Assembly: GCA_963707505.1 (NCBI GenBank)
Contig: CAVPQB010000003.1
Location: 775,440-839,439, forward strand
Origin: an uncultured Gemmatimonadales bacterium
GTDB taxonomy: Bacteria; Gemmatimonadota; Gemmatimonadetes; Gemmatimonadales; Gemmatimonadaceae
Direction of reading: 5' to 3'
DNA: 64,000 nt
The notes under the pieces are model-generated. The model ran no database searches, had not been told where the DNA came from, and saw only the letters and a list, made by a program, of their open reading frames with translations. This document shows positions 22,050 through 33,296 of this stretch, one piece after another (position 1 is the stretch's first letter; every line of letters starts with the position of its first letter). Both the position numbers and the translations under genes were made by a program.

Positions 22050-22067
22050 GGACATATCGAGGTGACC

Positions 22068-22394
22068 ATGCCTGCCAGAAAGAACAGAACGACTGCTGCC
22101 AAACCAGCAAAGACGAGAGCGAAGCGCGTTACAGAGACAGCAGTGCATCCTTATGGAACGCAGGACGAGACGTGGATCTCCGCGAGTGAATTCAAGGCGC
22201 GATGTCTGGAGCTCATGGATAGCGTGCATGACAGACACGATCCAATCGTCATCACCAAGCACGGAGTACCCGTCGCGAAGCTCGTTCCGTTCGAAGAAAA
22301 GCGTGTCGGACTGGTCGGCTCCATGCGTGGCACAGTGCTGTCGTATGGCGACCTCATATCGCCTATCGATGTGAAATGGGATGCCGATGAGTAA
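22068..22394 (+). CDS. Phd/YefM family antitoxin
   Basis: ISASEFKARCLELMDSV...IVITKHGVPVAKLVP; GAGG RBS upstream. Confidence 0.9.
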   Translation: MPARKNRTTAAKPAKTRAKRVTETAVHPYGTQDETWISASEFKARCLELMDSVHDRHDPIVITKHGVPVAKLVPFEEKRVGLVGSMRGTVLSYGDLISPIDVKWDADE

Positions 22395-22827
22395 GGCGGC
22401 CGATCTGCCACTGTTGCTGGATACCCATGTATGGATATGGGCGGCGGAGCAGCGAGAGGATGAGCTTTCATCACGAGTACTCAAGCTCATCGACTCTGCG
22501 AGCCAGCGTGGCTCCGTGCTCATATCAGCAATTTCCATGTGGGAGATCGCGATGCTCGCGGAGCGGGGTCGGATCGTCCTGTCCGTGGATTCGCTGCAAT
22601 GGATCGAGACGGCCGCAAGTGTTCCAGGCGTACGGGTCGTCGAGCTCACGCCACGCATTGCTGTAGGGAGCACTCATCTGCCGGGTAACCCGCACGCTGA
22701 TCCAGCCGATCGCATTCTGATGGCGACGGCCCGTGACGCTGGTGCACGGCTTGTGACACGCGACAGGCGTATTCTGCAGTACGCGGAATCCACACGCGCA
22801 CTTGCTGTGCTGGACGCTGGTGGATGA
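22381..22827 (+). CDS. vapC: VapC/PIN domain toxin
   Basis: LLLDTHVWIW, SAISMWEI, HADPADRILMATA, LVTRD; overlaps the antitoxin stop. Confidence 0.92.
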   Translation: MPMSKAADLPLLLDTHVWIWAAEQREDELSSRVLKLIDSASQRGSVLISAISMWEIAMLAERGRIVLSVDSLQWIETAASVPGVRVVELTPRIAVGSTHLPGNPHADPADRILMATARDAGARLVTRDRRILQYAESTRALAVLDAGG

Positions 22828-22837
22828 ATGACCCGCT

Positions 22838-23026
22838 GTGGGCGACGCATGTCGGCGACGCATGTTGGGGCGACGCATGTTGGGGCGACGCATGTTGGGG
22901 CGACGCATGTTGGGGCGACGCATGTTGGGGCGACGCATGTTGGGGCGACGCATGTTGGGGCGACGCATGTTGGGGCGACGCATGTTGGGGCGACGCATGT
23001 TGGGGCGACGCATGCGTCGCCCCTAC
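22838..23026. repeat. 15-bp tandem array (CATGTTGGGGCGACG x10 plus degenerate copies) ending in a GTAG-type REP palindrome
   Basis: Ten exact units 22861-23010; terminal GGGGCGACG-CATG-CGTCGCCCC-TAC reads GTAGGGGCGACGCATGCGTCGCCCC on the minus strand. Confidence 0.95.
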
Positions 23027-23038
23027 GGATCGATAACG

Positions 23039-23064
23039 TGGATTCCCGCTTTCGCGGGGATGAC
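23039..23064. repeat. REP-like palindrome of the TGGATTCCCGC-TTTC-GCGGGAATGAC type
   Basis: TGGATTCCCGCTTTCGCGGGGATGAC hairpin. Confidence 0.7.
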
Positions 23065-23077
23065 GGCGCTGATGTCA

Positions 23078-23773
23078 TCACTGCTTCCCACGCCGGTCCG
23101 GTAGATCCACCGACAATGCCAGCCGCAGCTCATCTCTCTGCACCGCCAGCACGACACGTGCTCTACGGTTCCATCCAAGCGACGATATTCGCACGTCCAG
23201 TGTCGCTGCATCTACAACTGCCGCATCACCGTGCGGGTCTCTGCGCCACACGTAGCCATGCGGGCGAATCGTCGATGATGCGCGCAACGCCGATGTAGTC
23301 GCGCTCGAGGTGAGTGCGATGCACGCGCTGCCGCTCTCGTGCGCCGCGCGTGAGAGTCGCACGTTCTCGGTTCCTTCCGGATCGGCGCCTGCCAACACTA
23401 CCACTGCGAATCCACCCGATCGCAACAGAGCTTCCGCTGCACGCAGGGCGTGAAGCCGGCTCCTGGGGCGTAGCAGCACGGGTCCCGCATCCCAGAAGGC
23501 GCCCGCCACGGTGCCGCTGCCATCGATCCACACGGCCCGCTCGCCTCCGGCCACGGCTGAGCGGCACGCCGAGCGCAGGACGGCTGTGGCGCCACCACCG
23601 GGAGCCCAGACGGACAGCCGTCCGCGCGGAAACCCTCCGCTCGGAAAGATCCGATCCAGCTCGCCGATCCCGGTTGCAACAACCTCGGTCCGGTGACGCT
23701 GAAGTGGTGCAGCGTCCGGAAATTTGAGATCGAGCAACTCACGTAGATCACGTAATGCGGATGCGGTGGCCAT
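23078..23773 (-). CDS. imuA: ImuA / RecA-like protein
   Basis: [45 protein letters not shown]; co-oriented upstream of imuB-dnaE2. Confidence 0.8.
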   Translation of the reverse strand: MATASALRDLRELLDLKFPDAAPLQRHRTEVVATGIGELDRIFPSGGFPRGRLSVWAPGGGATAVLRSACRSAVAGGERAVWIDGSGTVAGAFWDAGPVLLRPRSRLHALRAAEALLRSGGFAVVVLAGADPEGTENVRLSRAAHESGSACIALTSSATTSALRASSTIRPHGYVWRRDPHGDAAVVDAATLDVRISSLGWNRRARVVLAVQRDELRLALSVDLPDRRGKQ

Positions 23774-23817
23774 ATCCTCGACTACAGATGTTTACCGAAA
23801 GTGATGCCTGGGAGGCT

Positions 23818-23846
23818 AGAATATACCGAACAAACACCGAACGCAA
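23818..23846 (-). promoter_or_regulatory. imuA sigma-70 promoter containing a candidate LexA box
   Basis: Minus strand TTGCGT-N17-TATTCT; GTTC-GGTGTTT-GTTC (23828-23842) lies in the spacer/-35. Confidence 0.65.
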
Positions 23847-23971
23847 GACTCAGTCCGGCGGCACCCAAGGGTCAAGGAAACGGATCGGATCTACCTGCTG
23901 GAGACGTGGCCGGGCGCTAAGTTGATGACTGGCCGTACGCAACAGCCTCGGATCTGGCGACCAACACACGA

Positions 23972-26374
23972 ATGATTCTCGTTACAGCAATCGCGGCGTT
24001 GTTCGTCGCGCCCGTCACTGCCCTACCAGCTCCAGTCACGCCGCCCAGGACTGCACCGGCGCCGGCTATCACCTATAACGGTCGCGAGCATCAGCTTCGC
24101 GTTGCGCCGCCGAGGCTGGCTGGCGACGTCACGATGGACGGCAAGCTGGACGAGCCGCAATGGCAACAGGCGGCGCGACTCACCGGCTTCTCGCAATTCG
24201 CGCCATCAGATGGTGTGCCCGCAGCTGATTCGACAGAAATCCTGGTGTGGTACTCGCCGACTGCGATCTACTTCGGCGTGCGCGCATATGAATCGCACGA
24301 GACAGTGCATCCGAATCTTTCTGATCGCGATCACATAGACGCGGAAGATCGAGTCGAGTTTCTGTTGAGCACCTTCAACGACGGCCGTCAGGCCTTCGTT
24401 TTCCAGGTGAATCCGCTCGGCAGCCAGGCCGATGGAACGCTGGTCGAGAGTGGCGCGTCCAACAACACGGCCGGCCTCGGCACAAACAACAACACGTCCA
24501 CGGGTCGCGCGCTTCCCGATCTCAGCGCGAATTTCATCTGGCAATCGCAGGGACGTGTTACACCGTACGGTTACGAAGTGGAAGTGCGCATTCCATTCAA
24601 GAGCATTCGTTATCAGGCGAGCGCGACGCAGGATTGGGGCTTCAACGTGACGCGTCACGTGAAGCATTCGGGATACGACGATTCCTGGGCACCCGCGAGT
24701 CGCTCTGCTGCATCGTTTCTTGGACAGTCGGGAACGCTCACCGGACTCACCGATCTGCATCGCGGCACCGTGCTGGAGTTCAATCCGGAGATCACGCAGA
24801 CCGCGAGTGGTGCGCAGCGCGTTGCGGGTTATGGTTACACACTGGATCACACGAACATCGGCGCGAATCTGCGCTGGGGTGTGACCAACAATCTCACTCT
24901 CAACGCGACGGCCAAGCCTGACTTCTCGCAAGTGGAAGCGGATGCCAATCAGCTGTCGTACGATCCGCGGCAGGCGTTGTTCTATCCCGAGCGGCGTCCG
25001 TTCTTCCTGGATGGCATCGAGCAGTTCACTGTGCCGAGCAATCTGATATACACCAGGCAGATCGTGCAGCCGACGGCGGCTGGCAAGCTCACGGGCAAAC
25101 TTGCCGGAATGAACGTCGCGTTCCTGAGTGCATTCGACGATCCGAGTACTTCTGTCAGCGGAAGCAATCATCCCGCGTTTGCCATTGCGCGCGCGCAACG
25201 TGATCTCGGCAGCGACTCGCGCATCGGTCTGCTCTATACGGATCGCGAGGACGGTCAGAACTACAATCGCGTCGCCGGCGCGGACACGAGGCTCGTGTTC
25301 GGCAGGATATACACGGTGAGCGCGCAGTTGGCGGGAAGCGAGACTCAGCTGGCTGGCAAGAGTTTCGCGGGTCCGTTATGGAATCTCGCGTTCGACCGCA
25401 ACGGCCGTACGTTCGGTCTCAATTACTCGATCAGAGCGATAGATCCGGATTTCGAGACGCAGAGCGGATTCATCAGTCACAACAACATTGCCAACATCAA
25501 CCTGTCGCACCGTCTGTCGCTACTTGGAAAGCCGGGCGCGCTGGTGGAGAACTTCTCCGGCGTCGTGGGACTGATTGGCGAGTGGCAGTATCGCCGGTTG
25601 CTCGGAGGAGATGACTTCCAGAACAGGAAGCTTCACTTCGACTTCTCAGCCACGTTGCGCGGCGGATGGCAGCTTGGCGCGAGCATGTACAGTGAAGTGT
25701 TCGGCTACGACCCATCGATCTACACGGATTATCGCGTAGTGCTTCCGGGGGCTGCTGGACTGGACACGGTACAATTCGTGGGACGAAAGCGGATTCCGAA
25801 TCATGATTACGTGGTGAGTGTCGGCACACCGCAGGGCGCACATCTGTCAGGCAACGTCTCGGTCATCTTCGGGCAGGACGAGAATTTTTACGAGTGGCAG
25901 CAGGCCGAGATCTATTTCGTCAATGCTTCGGTGTCGTGGCGTCCGACGACTCAGCTACGTGTTGACGGCACTTATGCGCTGCAGAAGTACAACAGGCGCA
26001 CGAACGGATCGACGGTTGCGGAGCGGCAGATTCCGTATGTGAAGGCGGAATATCAGATCACGCCTGCCGTGTTCGTTCGGCTCGTGACGGAGTACGACGC
26101 GCAGAAGCAGGACGCGCTGCGCGACGATCGCAATGGCGGAGCACCGATTCTTCTGTACGATCCATCGAGCGGGACGTATGCGCCGGCGTTGGCGAGCACA
26201 ACGAACCGGATGCATCTGCAGGGGTTGTTCTCGTATCAGCCGATACCGGGGACGGTGTTCTTTCTGGGATACGGAGCGTTGCTGGATGAGCCGCGTGGAT
26301 TGCGGTTCAACAATTACAACAGACTGAATGATGGGTTCTTCGTGAAGCTGAGCTGGTTGTTCAGAGCGCGGTAA
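23972..26374 (+). CDS. CBM9-like/DUF5916 outer-membrane protein
   Basis: Signal peptide, DGKLDEPQW, EVRIPFKSIRY, PDFSQVEAD, ERRPFF, C-terminal FFVKLSWLF. Confidence 0.8.
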   Translation: MILVTAIAALFVAPVTALPAPVTPPRTAPAPAITYNGREHQLRVAPPRLAGDVTMDGKLDEPQWQQAARLTGFSQFAPSDGVPAADSTEILVWYSPTAIYFGVRAYESHETVHPNLSDRDHIDAEDRVEFLLSTFNDGRQAFVFQVNPLGSQADGTLVESGASNNTAGLGTNNNTSTGRALPDLSANFIWQSQGRVTPYGYEVEVRIPFKSIRYQASATQDWGFNVTRHVKHSGYDDSWAPASRSAASFLGQSGTLTGLTDLHRGTVLEFNPEITQTASGAQRVAGYGYTLDHTNIGANLRWGVTNNLTLNATAKPDFSQVEADANQLSYDPRQALFYPERRPFFLDGIEQFTVPSNLIYTRQIVQPTAAGKLTGKLAGMNVAFLSAFDDPSTSVSGSNHPAFAIARAQRDLGSDSRIGLLYTDREDGQNYNRVAGADTRLVFGRIYTVSAQLAGSETQLAGKSFAGPLWNLAFDRNGRTFGLNYSIRAIDPDFETQSGFISHNNIANINLSHRLSLLGKPGALVENFSGVVGLIGEWQYRRLLGGDDFQNRKLHFDFSATLRGGWQLGASMYSEVFGYDPSIYTDYRVVLPGAAGLDTVQFVGRKRIPNHDYVVSVGTPQGAHLSGNVSVIFGQDENFYEWQQAEIYFVNASVSWRPTTQLRVDGTYALQKYNRRTNGSTVAERQIPYVKAEYQITPAVFVRLVTEYDAQKQDALRDDRNGGAPILLYDPSSGTYAPALASTTNRMHLQGLFSYQPIPGTVFFLGYGALLDEPRGLRFNNYNRLNDGFFVKLSWLFRAR

Positions 26375-26453
26375 GAGAGTGTCACCCGTGCACGCTACCT
26401 GAAGGCACTCAGCACCCAGGGATGCGCTCCGGCCTCCTTACCCATGGTCCGCT

Positions 26454-26858
26454 TCACACCCTGGGACGTTCATGGATGATGGACCAGGACACACCAAACC
26501 GATCTCGAAGCTGGCTGAAACGAGTTGCGTAGAATGTCTCCGTCATCGGCATGTAAACCTCGCCGCCATCGGCAAGAACGTTGTGTATCCGTTCTGCTTC
26601 CTCCGACGAATCGACGGAGAGGTACATGTATACGCTACGAATTTTCTCGAAGATGGCAGGAGGAACATCGTTTGCAATCAACACGGTGTCACCGATGTCC
26701 ATCCGTGCGTGAATCACCGCGTTGCCGGCTCCAGCAGGCGCGCCTGGTGCCTGGCTCTGATTCATCATCATCGTAACTTTCCCGCCAAGATGCTGTTCGT
26801 AGAAACGAAATGCCTCTTCGCAATTCCCGGGGAAGTTCAGTTGTGTATAGAGCTTCAT
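26454..26858 (-). CDS. VOC/PhnB (YjdN-like) family protein
   Basis: LNFPGNCEEAFRFY, HARMDIG, LRDRFGVSW. Confidence 0.88.
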   Translation of the reverse strand: MKLYTQLNFPGNCEEAFRFYEQHLGGKVTMMMNQSQAPGAPAGAGNAVIHARMDIGDTVLIANDVPPAIFEKIRSVYMYLSVDSSEEAERIHNVLADGGEVYMPMTETFYATRFSQLRDRFGVSWSIIHERPRV

Positions 26859-26917
26859 GAATGCTCTTTCAGGAGAATGGTTGCGCGCGCGACAGGATCC
26901 GGAACCCGGGTCTGGCT

Positions 26918-28879
<1,962 letters not shown>

Positions 28880-28950
28880 GGGCTAAAACTTACGCCGAAA
28901 CCGGCGCGTGGGGGAGAGCCACAGGCAGCGCTACGGGGAGCAGCCGCCAG

Positions 28951-29613
28951 CTAGCGCGGGCCGGCTCCCGGCCGTCTGTTGATAAAGACGTGGGTCGCAC
29001 GCTCGCCGACGATGCTGTCGGTACACTCATAACCAAGGGCACGCACGTCGATGCCGTCCCAGAGATTCTCGCCCGATCCGAGCAGCACTGGCCTGACGGC
29101 GAGATGCATTTCATCGATCAGTCCGGCGGTCAGATATTGCCGAATCGTGGATACGCCGCCACCGAGACGGACATCGAGACCACCCGCGGCGGCAGTCGCC
29201 TGTTCCAGCGCTGCGTGAATACCATCGGTGACAAAGTGGAACACTGTGCCGCCAGCCATTTCGAGTGGCGGCCGCGGATGATGTGTCAGCACGAATACCG
29301 GCGTGTGATACGGCGGCTCGTCACCCCACCATCCTTTCCAGCTGTCATCGGGCCACGGTCCGCGCACAGGACCAAACATGTTGCGTCCAAGAATCCACGC
29401 TCCGATTCCCTTGAAGGCACGCTCGGCGATCTCGTTATCGACGCCTGTTTCACCGTCGTCCTGGCCGTGCATCTTCCGCCAGACGCGTGTGTTGAAGAAC
29501 CACTCCATCAACTCGGGACCGGTGACGCCGAGCGGATTCTGGAGATCCTGATCGGGACCAGCGCCGTAACCGTCAACGGAAACTGCGAAACTCAGGACAC
29601 GGAGTTTGGACAT
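28951..29613 (-). CDS. RibD C-terminal/dihydrofolate reductase family protein
   Basis: SVDGYGAGP, LGRNMFGP, PVFVLTHH, GGGVSTIRQYL..GLIDE. Confidence 0.9.
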   Translation of the reverse strand: MSKLRVLSFAVSVDGYGAGPDQDLQNPLGVTGPELMEWFFNTRVWRKMHGQDDGETGVDNEIAERAFKGIGAWILGRNMFGPVRGPWPDDSWKGWWGDEPPYHTPVFVLTHHPRPPLEMAGGTVFHFVTDGIHAALEQATAAAGGLDVRLGGGVSTIRQYLTAGLIDEMHLAVRPVLLGSGENLWDGIDVRALGYECTDSIVGERATHVFINRRPGAGPR

Positions 29614-29660
29614 TGTGATCCTCATTGATTGGCCAAGCTTACAAGCTAGCTGACGCCGAC

Positions 29661-29689
29661 TTGACAACCAACCGCGGTCACCGTACCCT
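29661..29689 (+). promoter_or_regulatory. Putative leu operon promoter
   Basis: TTGACA-N17-TACCCT, 8 nt before the leader peptide ATG. Confidence 0.65.
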
Positions 29690-29697
29690 TCCAAAAC

Positions 29698-29802
29698 ATG
29701 CACAGCGCAAACCTCCTACTCCTTACCAACACCCTCGGCTCGCTTCGACTTAGCCGCGGGATTCTTTGCTTGGGATGGAGAAGGTTGAGTATTACGCCTT
29801 AA
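29698..29802 (+). CDS. leuL: Leu leader peptide (34 aa, MHSANLLLLTNTLGSLRLSRGILCLGWRRLSITP)
   Basis: Manual translation; tandem CTC CTA CTC CTT codons, 10 Leu in total; lies upstream of a terminator and leuA. Confidence 0.8.
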   Translation: MHSANLLLLTNTLGSLRLSRGILCLGWRRLSITP

Positions 29803-29823
29803 GCACGCCGTGCTGATGTGACG

Positions 29824-29867
29824 AGCGGCCCTCCCCAAGTGTTCGGGGAGGGCCGCTTTGTCTTTTT
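29824..29867 (+). terminator. Attenuator terminator of the leu operon
   Basis: 13-bp stem AGCGGCCCTCCCC/GGGGAGGGCCGCT followed by TTGTCTTTTT. Confidence 0.85.
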
Positions 29868-29991
29868 GTGCCCCTCTCCTCCCATCTTCCGGACGGAAGT
29901 TCTCGTTCTCGGACGGCGCACCCAGGGATTCGGCCAGTGACATCACACGTCACCGACCACGGCTTTCCAATCCAATGCGGAGCGTTCGACA

Positions 29992-31251
29992 GTGAGTTCA
30001 GGAGATTCAACAAACAGTGGCACAAGGACCAACACACACGAGCACGGTCGTGACCGTGTCGTCATCTTCGATACCACGCTTCGCGATGGTGAGCAGGCTC
30101 CAGGATGCACCATGACGGCGGAGGAGAAGCTGCGGGTGGCACGACAACTCGCACTCCTCAACGTCGATGTGATAGAAGCTGGATTTCCGGCAGCATCGCC
30201 GGGCGAGCATGATGCCGTTTACGCAATTGCGAGCGAGCTCGGGGGCGGCGACGGGTCCGTCATCTGCGGATTGGCCCGCGCGATAGAGAGTGACATCGAT
30301 TCCTGTGCGTCGGCCATAAGTCCAGCGATGCGACGACGGATTCACACCTTCATCGCAACATCCGACGTTCATCTCGAGCACAAGCTGAGCCTCACTCGCG
30401 CTCAGGCTCTTCGCGCTGCCGAGCGCGCGGTACGCTACGCGGCTTCGCATGCGCGAGACGTGGAATTTTCAGCCGAGGATGCTGGTCGGTCCGATCCGGT
30501 CTTTCTCTGTGAAGTCGTCGTCGCAGCAGCGGAAGCAGGAGCAGCCACGATCAACGTTCCGGATACGGTGGGCTACAACACTCCGTCGGAGTACGGCGCG
30601 CTCGTCGCCAGAGTCTGCGAGGCAGTTCGACCTTTCGAGCACGTCACCGTCTCGACTCACTGTCACAACGACCTCGGCATGGCTGTCGCAAATGCATTGG
30701 CTGGTGTTCAGGCAGGTGCGCGCCAGGTCGAATGCACGATCAACGGACTCGGCGAGCGCGCAGGCAATGCTGCACTCGAAGAAGTAGTCATGGCGCTTCA
30801 CACTCGCAGTCGCTTTTACGGTATGGAAACACGCATCAACACGCGTGAGATCACGCGCACGTCGCAGCTTGTCGCCGAATGTACGGGAGTTCGCATGGCG
30901 TGCAACAAGCCAATCGTCGGCGCCAACGCCTTCGCGCACGAAGCGGGAATCCACCAGGATGGTGTGCTCAAGCATCGCGGGACGTACGAGATCATGAACT
31001 CGGAGGACGTCGGAGCGAATGCTGGATGGTGCGTGCTGGGCAAGCACTCCGGACGTAACGCCTTCCGAACCCATGTACAGGAGCAACTCGGCGTTACGCT
31101 GGACGACGATGCGCTGATCCGGGCTTTCTCGCGATTCAAGGCGCTCGCTGACGTGCACAAGTCGGTGCCGGAGCATCAGATCGCACGGATCGTCCAGGCC
31201 GAGATTGCCGAGATTGCTGATTCGCCAGCCAGCACGGAGGCAGTCCAGTGA
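29992..31251 (+). CDS. leuA: 2-isopropylmalate synthase, short form without C-terminal regulatory domain
   Basis: [44 protein letters not shown]. Confidence 0.93.
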   Translation: MSSGDSTNSGTRTNTHEHGRDRVVIFDTTLRDGEQAPGCTMTAEEKLRVARQLALLNVDVIEAGFPAASPGEHDAVYAIASELGGGDGSVICGLARAIESDIDSCASAISPAMRRRIHTFIATSDVHLEHKLSLTRAQALRAAERAVRYAASHARDVEFSAEDAGRSDPVFLCEVVVAAAEAGAATINVPDTVGYNTPSEYGALVARVCEAVRPFEHVTVSTHCHNDLGMAVANALAGVQAGARQVECTINGLGERAGNAALEEVVMALHTRSRFYGMETRINTREITRTSQLVAECTGVRMACNKPIVGANAFAHEAGIHQDGVLKHRGTYEIMNSEDVGANAGWCVLGKHSGRNAFRTHVQEQLGVTLDDDALIRAFSRFKALADVHKSVPEHQIARIVQAEIAEIADSPASTEAVQ

Positions 31252-32687
31252 CCGCGATCAATCCTCCGGTGACGACACTGCTCGACAAGATCTGGAATCG
31301 TCACGTCGTGCGTGCCGCGACAGACACAACGCCGGCGATCGTGTACGTGGACCTTCATCTGGTGCACGAAGTGACGTCGCCCCAGGCGTTCAGCGAACTG
31401 CGCAGACGGAGCGCGCGCGTGCGACGCCCAGACCGCACGTTTGCGACTACCGATCATTCCACACCCACGACGCCACGCGACGAAACCGGACGTCTGGTGG
31501 TCGTTGACGCGCTGGCTGCGACGCAGCTGGATGAGCTGGAGCGCAACTGTTCCGAATTCGGCATCAGCCTGTACGGAATGGACAGCTCACGCCAGGGAAT
31601 AGTTCACGTGATCGGTCCCGAGCTGGGGCTCACGCAGCCAGGCATGACAATAGTCTGCGGCGACAGTCACACGAGCACGCACGGTGCATTCGGAGCTCTC
31701 GCGTTCGGAATCGGAACGTCGGAAGTAGCGCACGTGCTCGCGACGCAGTGCATCCTGCAGCACAAGCCAAGAACGATGGAAGTTCGCGTCGACGGCACGC
31801 TTCCGCACGGTGTCTCCGCCAAGGACATAATCCTCGCAGTGATTGCGAAAATCGGTATCGGCGGCGGTACCGGGAGTGTATTCGAGTACACCGGCAGCGC
31901 GATTCAGGCGCTCGGCATGGAAGCGCGCATGACCGTCTGCAACATGTCGATAGAAGCCGGCGCGCGCGCGGGCATGATCGCGCCGGATGACACGACTATC
32001 GAATACATGGCCGGCAGAGAGTTCGCGCCAACGGAAGCCGCGTGGGATGCAGCGGTCATCGAATGGCAGAAGCTCTGCTCGGACCCTCGTGCCAAGCATG
32101 ATGGCAGCGTCACTCTCGACGCGCACACGCTCAAGCCGATGATCACGTACGGCACCAATCCAGGGATGGCAATGGCAATCGATGGTCGCGTGCCCGACCC
32201 TGAATCGATCTACGACAGGAATGAGCGTGCGACACTGGAGCATGCGCTGAGCTACATGGGTGTGCAACCCGGACAGCGTCTGATCGGTACACCGGTCGAT
32301 GTCGTGTTTCTGGGAAGCTGCACGAACTCGCGCATCTCCGACCTGCGCGAGGCGGCGGGATTGCTTCGCGGACACAAGGTGAAGGAAGGACTGCGCATGC
32401 TCGTCGTCCCTGGCTCGCGCGCGGTGAAGCGCGCCGCAGAGGCGGAAGGTCTCGACCGTGTCTTTACAGACGCGGGTGCAGAGTGGCGTGAATCAGGCTG
32501 CTCGATGTGCATTGCCATGAACGGCGATCAGCTGGCGCCCGGGAAACTCGCAGTCTCGACCAGCAACCGCAATTTCGAGGGCCGCCAGGGGCCCGGCAGT
32601 AGAACCATGCTCGCAAGCCCGCTCACAGCCGTTGCAGCCGCAATAACTGGCACAATCACCGACGTACGCACACTTCTGCCGAACTGA
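31248..32687 (+). CDS. leuC: 3-isopropylmalate dehydratase large subunit
   Basis: [44 protein letters not shown]. Confidence 0.96.
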   Translation: MTAINPPVTTLLDKIWNRHVVRAATDTTPAIVYVDLHLVHEVTSPQAFSELRRRSARVRRPDRTFATTDHSTPTTPRDETGRLVVVDALAATQLDELERNCSEFGISLYGMDSSRQGIVHVIGPELGLTQPGMTIVCGDSHTSTHGAFGALAFGIGTSEVAHVLATQCILQHKPRTMEVRVDGTLPHGVSAKDIILAVIAKIGIGGGTGSVFEYTGSAIQALGMEARMTVCNMSIEAGARAGMIAPDDTTIEYMAGREFAPTEAAWDAAVIEWQKLCSDPRAKHDGSVTLDAHTLKPMITYGTNPGMAMAIDGRVPDPESIYDRNERATLEHALSYMGVQPGQRLIGTPVDVVFLGSCTNSRISDLREAAGLLRGHKVKEGLRMLVVPGSRAVKRAAEAEGLDRVFTDAGAEWRESGCSMCIAMNGDQLAPGKLAVSTSNRNFEGRQGPGSRTMLASPLTAVAAAITGTITDVRTLLPN

Positions 32688-32693
32688 CCGAAC

Positions 32694-33296
32694 ATGCAAC
32701 CCATAACCAGCATCACATCGCACTATTTCGCCTTCTCTGCGGACAATGTCGACACCGACCAGATAATCCCTGCTCGGTTCCTCAAGATCACGGACAAGGA
32801 GGGACTCGGCGCGCTCGCGTTTCATGACAGACGATATGCCGCGGACGGATCGCCCGATCCGATTTTCCCGATCAATGCTCCGGCAGCTGCGGGAGCAGAG
32901 ATACTCGTAGCCGGCCACAACTTCGGCTGTGGCTCGTCGCGCGAGCATGCACCATGGGCGCTGCTCGGTGCGGGCGTGCGAGCCGTAATCAGCAGCGGCT
33001 TCGCAGACATCTTCCGCAACAATGCACTGAAGAACGGCTTGCTTCCAGTAACGGTACCGCCAGCCACTCTGCGCAGGCTGACGCAGGCGTGGGATCGGTG
33101 CGTTGCGTCCGGAGACGAATGCACGGACGCGCTGACAATCGACGTTCCGTCGCAGACTCTTACGATCGACGCGAATACGAGCGTCGTATTTCAGTTGGGA
33201 GCATTTGAAAAACACTGCCTGTTGGCGGGTGTCGATCAGCTGGATTTTCTACTCGGCGCGACCGACGACATCGACGCATTCGAGGCTGCATCATGA
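32694..33296 (+). CDS. leuD: 3-isopropylmalate dehydratase small subunit
   Basis: NVDTDQIIPARFL, NFGCGSSREHAPWAL. Confidence 0.95.
   Translation: MQPITSITSHYFAFSADNVDTDQIIPARFLKITDKEGLGALAFHDRRYAADGSPDPIFPINAPAAAGAEILVAGHNFGCGSSREHAPWALLGAGVRAVISSGFADIFRNNALKNGLLPVTVPPATLRRLTQAWDRCVASGDECTDALTIDVPSQTLTIDANTSVVFQLGAFEKHCLLAGVDQLDFLLGATDDIDAFEAAS

Noticed and set aside
22838..23026. CRISPR array or repeat-protein ORFs (GATHV, CWGDA, RRPNM, CVAPT repeats)
   Set aside because: Units are contiguous with no spacers and no cas genes; ORFs are open in many frames only because the 15-mer lacks stops.
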